64,000 nt of DNA from Fibrobacteria bacterium. Its GTDB lineage: Bacteria > Fibrobacterota > Fibrobacteria > UBA11236. Each line of letters begins with the position of its first letter. The stretch's first letter is position 1. Shown here piece after piece: positions 63,236-64,000 of the stretch. The notes beneath the pieces are model-generated. The model made no database searches and was not told the origin of the DNA. It saw nothing but the letters and a program-made list of their open reading frames with translations. The DNA is taken from assembly GCA_043732185.1 (NCBI GenBank), contig JAYTHY010000112.1, forward strand, positions 64,001-128,000, given 5' to 3'. A program made the position numbers and the translations under genes.

Positions 63236-64000
63236 TTAGAGGCGACAGGATACTTCCCCTGTGGGTAGAACGCCTAACCAAACTCCCATCCCCATTTTGG
63301 CGTGTTCGGATCCCAAGACTGGGACTACGCCTGTTTCCGGTTGCAGGATAATTTTTATTTGATACTCGAGAGGATCTCGTAAGTAGGCATCAATCAGCTC
63401 GCGTACTTGGGCTAGCAAGGGTATCTCATTCTCCGCAGATTGGGTACCGCTAAGTTGAGCGGGATCCGAATCGCCGTTGGCTGAAGAATTAGGAGTAGCC
63501 GGCAAAAAACGATTGAAAAGGGAACGGGACAGTGGGCCAATTTCAACCGTGAACCGAGACTGACAATCCTGCATCATGTCACCCAGGCGGGTGGATTTGC
63601 CCAATGCAACCTGGGCCTGCCCCAGGCAGGTTTTAACTGGAATTTCAACCCAGGAGGATTCAAACTCACGAATTTTAACTAGTGGGAATCCAAAATATCC
63701 GCGTAGCAATTGCTGTAAGCCTTTGGCCGATCGCACTCTATTTCCCAGGAATCTGGCATACGGAATGCGCTTGAGATGGAAATCTGAGACGGGTGATGAA
63801 CCTTGATTTTTGCCTTGGCGACGGGGCCATTGCCCAGTCAACGCCAAGAGCCGAAGTGTGTAATCATCCGGGCGATCGGGAATAAACTGGGAATAATGGC
63901 GGTATTTCTTCCAGGAACGATAAAACAAGGAGTAAAGCCGATGGGTAAAAATATCCAGGAACTTCTTCAGTTCAAAATATTCAATTTTTTTTAATGTGAT
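63236..64000 (-). CDS. tssG: Type VI secretion system baseplate subunit TssG (5' part outside the window)
   Basis: Frame open to the edge: ...FLDIFTHRLYSLFYRSWKKYR, RSAKGLQQLLRGYF, FESSWVEI, LG..TRLG...D.QSRFTVEIGPL, FLP, terminal GVWLG. Confidence 0.85.
   Translation of the reverse strand: MTLKKIEYFELKKFLDIFTHRLYSLFYRSWKKYRHYSQFIPDRPDDYTLRLLALTGQWPRRQGKNQGSSPVSDFHLKRIPYARFLGNRVRSAKGLQQLLRGYFGFPLVKIREFESSWVEIPVKTCLGQAQVALGKSTRLGDMMQDCQSRFTVEIGPLSRSLFNRFLPATPNSSANGDSDPAQLSGTQSAENEIPLLAQVRELIDAYLRDPLEYQIKIILQPETGVVPVLGSEHAKMGMGVWLGVLPTGEVSCRL

Overview
Gene-dense 64-kb bacterial window with no rRNA, tRNA, CRISPR or IS elements that I can see. Protein families point to Fibrobacterota or a related FCB lineage (inference from a TIGR02171-like propeller and many CTD-like tails). 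Left to right it holds: (i) a divergent cluster at 3.2-11.0 kb with an AlgI-type MBOAT, an AlgJ/AlgX-type SGNH acyltransferase, two TolB-like propellers, a putative OM barrel, a small lipoprotein and a plant-like UDP-apiose/UDP-xylose synthase homolog; (ii) a long run of secreted carbohydrate-active or binding proteins (GH78, GH2, esterases, GSDH-like propellers, DUF2341-LamG proteins) ending in full or abbreviated T9SS-like C-terminal tails; (iii) a xylFGH-like ABC operon coupled to a TonB-dependent receptor; (iv) a 5,697-aa protein that joins autotransporter-type PATR repeats, five DUF2341-LamG modules and a FlgD/T9SS-type CTD, with no beta-barrel; (v) an internally deleted paralog remnant; (vi) a CUT1 sugar ABC operon; (vii) the 3' part of T6SS tssG at the right edge. 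The best candidates for undescribed biology are the apiose-synthase/O-acylation module, the PATR-plus-CTD giant protein, the DUF2341-LamG chassis family and the short [FYV]-x-x-x-G-[RN] secretion tail. All family calls are by eye from motifs; no searches were run.
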